Shown in pieces: positions 61,048 through 64,000 of a stretch of 64,000 nucleotides of DNA (positions are counted from its first letter, which is position 1; every line of letters starts with the position of its first letter). Made by a program: the position numbers and the translations under genes. This stretch comes from Candidatus Eiseniibacteriota bacterium. Lineage in GTDB: Bacteria; Eisenbacteria; RBG-16-71-46. The DNA lies in contig CAVUWA010000004.1 in NCBI GenBank assembly GCA_963744995.1, forward strand, positions 128,001-192,000, read 5' to 3'. The notes beneath the pieces are model-generated. The model saw only the letters and a list, made by a program, of their open reading frames with translations, did no database searches and had not been told where the DNA came from.

Positions 61048-62020
61048 ATGACCGTTAACGAGGCTCTCTTGGTCGAAGTCGACAATCCACCCGATGATCC
61101 GGGAGCGGCGTACGCAGCCGTTCTCGCCCCTCTTTTCGAGTCGGCAGCCAAGACGGCGGCCTTTGATCTGGTCTGCACGCTGTTGCGCGTGGGGGGGTAC
61201 GAGATGGCCGACTGGGATTCGTTCGAAGAGTCTCGCACTGCCTTCAGCGATTACAACTGGCTTCTCGAGAGAGCGCATGGACGAGGAGATACGTCTGCGC
61301 GTCGCGTCGGGCTATTGATGTATTGCCAGGCAGTCGAAATGAACGCGGTCCATGAGATCCTGGTCGAACCTTCTCCGCTTCAAAGCCGGAAATGCTTACT
61401 CTCCTGCGCCATTGCGCCATCTGGGACGTTCTAAGAAGAACCCGATCGGGCTCAAGATGTTCACCAACTACGTACCGCCCAGCGCGAAACAAAGAGTCGG
61501 CGAGATCAAGGAACTCGCGAAACAAGTTGGTTACCCAGAGTTGAACGCAGCCATCGACAGGTTCTTCGACGACCGGGTTCGGAACGCGTTCTTCCACTCG
61601 GACTACACCTTGACCGAGAGGTATTTCCGCTTTCGGGACGGAGGGTTGGCCCGACAGATCGAAGTGGAGACACTCGATAGACTCATTGTCGAGTGTTTCG
61701 CGTTTTGCGGCGTCTTCATGGAGCTCCACGATCAGTGGTTGCACGTGCTCGGGCGCGGGAAGCGGTTCCATCAGTGGCCGAACTACGAGGTGCTCGAGCT
61801 CTTGAGCACGGAGGATGATGGGCTCTACGGCTTCAACGTGCACTTCTCGAACGGCACAAAGGCCACGTACATGAGGCGTAAGCAGTCGGGAACGATGGGC
61901 AGCGTCAATGTCCTGTTCGGCAAGGGCGGCATCAACTTCAACGTCGGCCAGCTCGAGACACTCGAAAAGATGTGGAAGATCGAAGGGAAGCCGGTCGAGG
62001 ACTGGAGCGCGCTCCCATAA
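61048..62020 (+). CDS. Hypothetical protein with HEPN-like Rx4H motif, frameshift near 61363
   Basis: Two overlapping ORFs join as ...HEIL / NLLR...; contains RNAFFHSDY. Confidence 0.6.
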
Positions 62021-62101
62021 TCGCATTGCGAGAATGACGGACGTAGCTGCATGACCACTGCGGAGTAGGCCAGATCCTACCGCTCCGGGTTGGTCACCGA
62101 A

Positions 62102-62128
62102 TGATAGTCTCTTGCATAGACTCGATCA
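62102..62128 (+). repeat. 27-bp palindromic site E
   Basis: TGATAGTCTCT-TGCAT-AGACTCGATCA, 56 bp before the terL start. Confidence 0.9.
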
Positions 62129-62184
62129 TTGGCCCCACCGTGGCAGTCGCCGTGCCGCTCCCGCCCTGATGCAAGGAGGCACTG

Positions 62185-64000
62185 ATGGCGCAATCCACCG
62201 TCGAACTCTGCGCGTCCGCATTCGGGCAGGGCCTCGCCCCCGAGCCGCGCCTCAGCGTGAGCGCCTGGGCTGACACCTTCCGCTTCCTCGAGCAGCACCG
62301 CCTCCGCCGAGCCAGGCCTGTGGCGCACGTCGCGCACGCCCTACCTGCGCGAGATCATGGACTGCCTGTCGCCGTCGCACCCGGCGCAGCGCGTGGTCGT
62401 GATGGCCGGGGCGCAGATCGGGAAGACCGAGTGCGGCAACAACTGGATCGGTTACGTGATCCACCGCGCACCGGGCCCGATGCTGATGGTCCAGCCCACG
62501 GTCGAAGTGGCGAAACGGGTGAGCAAGCAGCGGCTCGCCCCCATGATCGAGGCGACGCCGGCGCTGCGGGAGCGTGTCGCCGAGTCGCGGTCGCGCGACA
62601 GCGGGAACACGGTCCAGGTGAAAGAATTCGACGGCGGCGTCCTGATCATCACTGGGGCGAACTCGAGCGCGGGGCTGCGCTCCACGCCGATCCGGTTCCT
62701 GTTCATGGATGAGGTGGACGAGTACCCGGGCGACCTCGACGGCCAGGGCGATCCGGTGGAGCTGGCCGAGAAACGCACCTCAACGTTCGCCCGCCGCAAG
62801 ATCCTGCTCACCAGCACGCCGACGATCAAAGGACTCTCGCGCATCGAGCGCGAGTTCCTGGAGAGCGACCAGCGACGCTACTTCCTGCCCTGCCCCAAGT
62901 GCGGCCATCTCGACTACCTCGCCTGGCGCGGGCCCGAGCACCACCGCATCGAGTGGGAGGAGGGGCGCCCCGAGACTGCGCACATGGTCTGCGGCGGCTG
63001 TGGGGAGCGAGTGGAGGAGCACCACAAGACCGAAATGCTCACGCGCGGCGAGTGGCGCGCGACCGCGGAGGGCGATGGCCGAACTGTGGGCTTCCACCTC
63101 TCGGCGCTCTACTCGCCCGTCGGCTGGAAGTCATGGGGGCAGTGCGCCGCCGAGTTCCTCAAGGCCAAGGAGGATCCGTTTCGGCTGAAGACCTGGGTCA
63201 ACACCGTGCTGGGGGAGACGTGGGAAGAGCGTGGCGATTCGGTCGAAGTGGGTCGCTCATGGCGCGCCTCGAACGTCATCCCGCCGAGGTGCCGAACGGT
63301 GTGGGCGTGCTCGTGGCCGCGGTGGACGTCCAGGGCGACCGCCTCGAGGTCGGTGGTAAAGGGATACGGCGCGGAAGAGGAGTCGTGGCTCATCGCCTTC
63401 ACTCAGATCCACGGCGACCCGGCGCAAGAAGCCGTGTGGCTCGAGCTCGAGAAGTTCCTCGGAGCAGACTTTCGACCACGAGAGCGGCCACAAGTTGCGC
63501 GTGCGAATGCACCGTTATCGACTCAGGTGGCGCTCACACCGAGCACGTCTACCGGTTCGCGAGGGCCCGGGTCGGCCGACGCGTCTTTCCCATCAAGGGT
63601 GGCAGTGTCGCTGGCAGACCCCTCGTTGAGCGTCCCTCGAGTGCACAACCGATACAGCGTGCCGCTCTTCGTTCTCTGCGTCGATACCGGGAAGGACATC
63701 GGTCTTCTCGCGGCTGCGAATTGGTTCGCATGGCCCGGGATTCGTCCATCTTCCCGAGTGGGTGGACGAGGAGTACCTCGCGCAGCTGACCGCCGAGAAG
63801 GCGATCCGCAAGTACGTCAAGGGCAGAGGGGCTGTACGTGAATGGGTCAAGCTGCGCGAGAGGAACGAGGCGCTCGATCTCGAGGTGTACGCGCTTGCAG
63901 CGCTGCACATCCTCGGGCAGGCGTTCATTCGCAAACTCGCTGCTCGGGCTGCCAAGTTCGCTGTGCCAACGCAGGCGCTTGAGGCGCCGGAGTCGTCTCG
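62185..64000 (+). CDS. Phage terminase large subunit, GpA family; several frameshifts; runs off window
   Basis: AAGGAGG RBS; SAWAD, TPYLREIMD, GAQIGKTE, FMDEVD, STPTIKG, VNTVLGETW, VDVQ, DSGG, QLTAE, RNEALD across frames. Confidence 0.9.

Larger units (their letters stand above)
50785..64000. mobile_element. Prophage or phage-like island integrated at tRNA-Leu (continues beyond window)
   Basis: tRNA 3' fragment at the boundary, visibly lower GC cargo, ParB-methylase, HNH-like gene, terminase small and large subunits. Confidence 0.85.

Noticed and set aside
58487..62128. Palindromic repeats as a CRISPR array
   Set aside because: Intervals are 0.5-2 kb and contain whole genes; no cas genes in the window
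56263..62128. Sites as classical integron attC, canonical dif or tet operators
   Set aside because: No RYYYAAC/GTTRRRY ends and too short for attC; no TTATGTTAAAT-like XerD arm; tetO-like half-sites (CTATCA/TGATAG) are in the opposite arrangement and far apart

Overview
A very GC-rich bacterial window with two parts. Bases 1 to about 50.8 kb look like host chromosome: a P-type ATPase 5' end, a 34-heme cytochrome c divergent from ccmF (with sigma-54-type promoter motifs), a translationally coupled flavoprotein / cNMP-binding / FHA-cyclase / phosphodiesterase operon, an ECF sigma and anti-sigma pair, ABC and MFS transporters, oxidoreductases, a SNF2 helicase, cbpA-cbpM, a REC-TrxB-like and histidine kinase pair, and several secreted proteins with FlgD-Ig/T9SS-like C-terminal tails (suggesting an FCB-affiliated lineage; inference). 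From 50,785 to the end is an integrated prophage-like element. Its left boundary is the 3' half of a tRNA-Leu(CAA) (att site), followed by defence-like cargo, a ParB-methylase, an HNH-like gene, and terminase small and large subunits. The most unusual feature is a 6.1-kb block of unrelated cargo genes between terS and terL, punctuated by four well-conserved and one degenerate, co-oriented 27-bp palindromic sites (TGATAGnnTYT-TGCAT-AGACYCnATCR), which resembles a recombinase-driven gene-cassette array. Several genes carry single-base frameshifts that may be long-read consensus errors. All product calls come from motif recognition by eye, not database searches.
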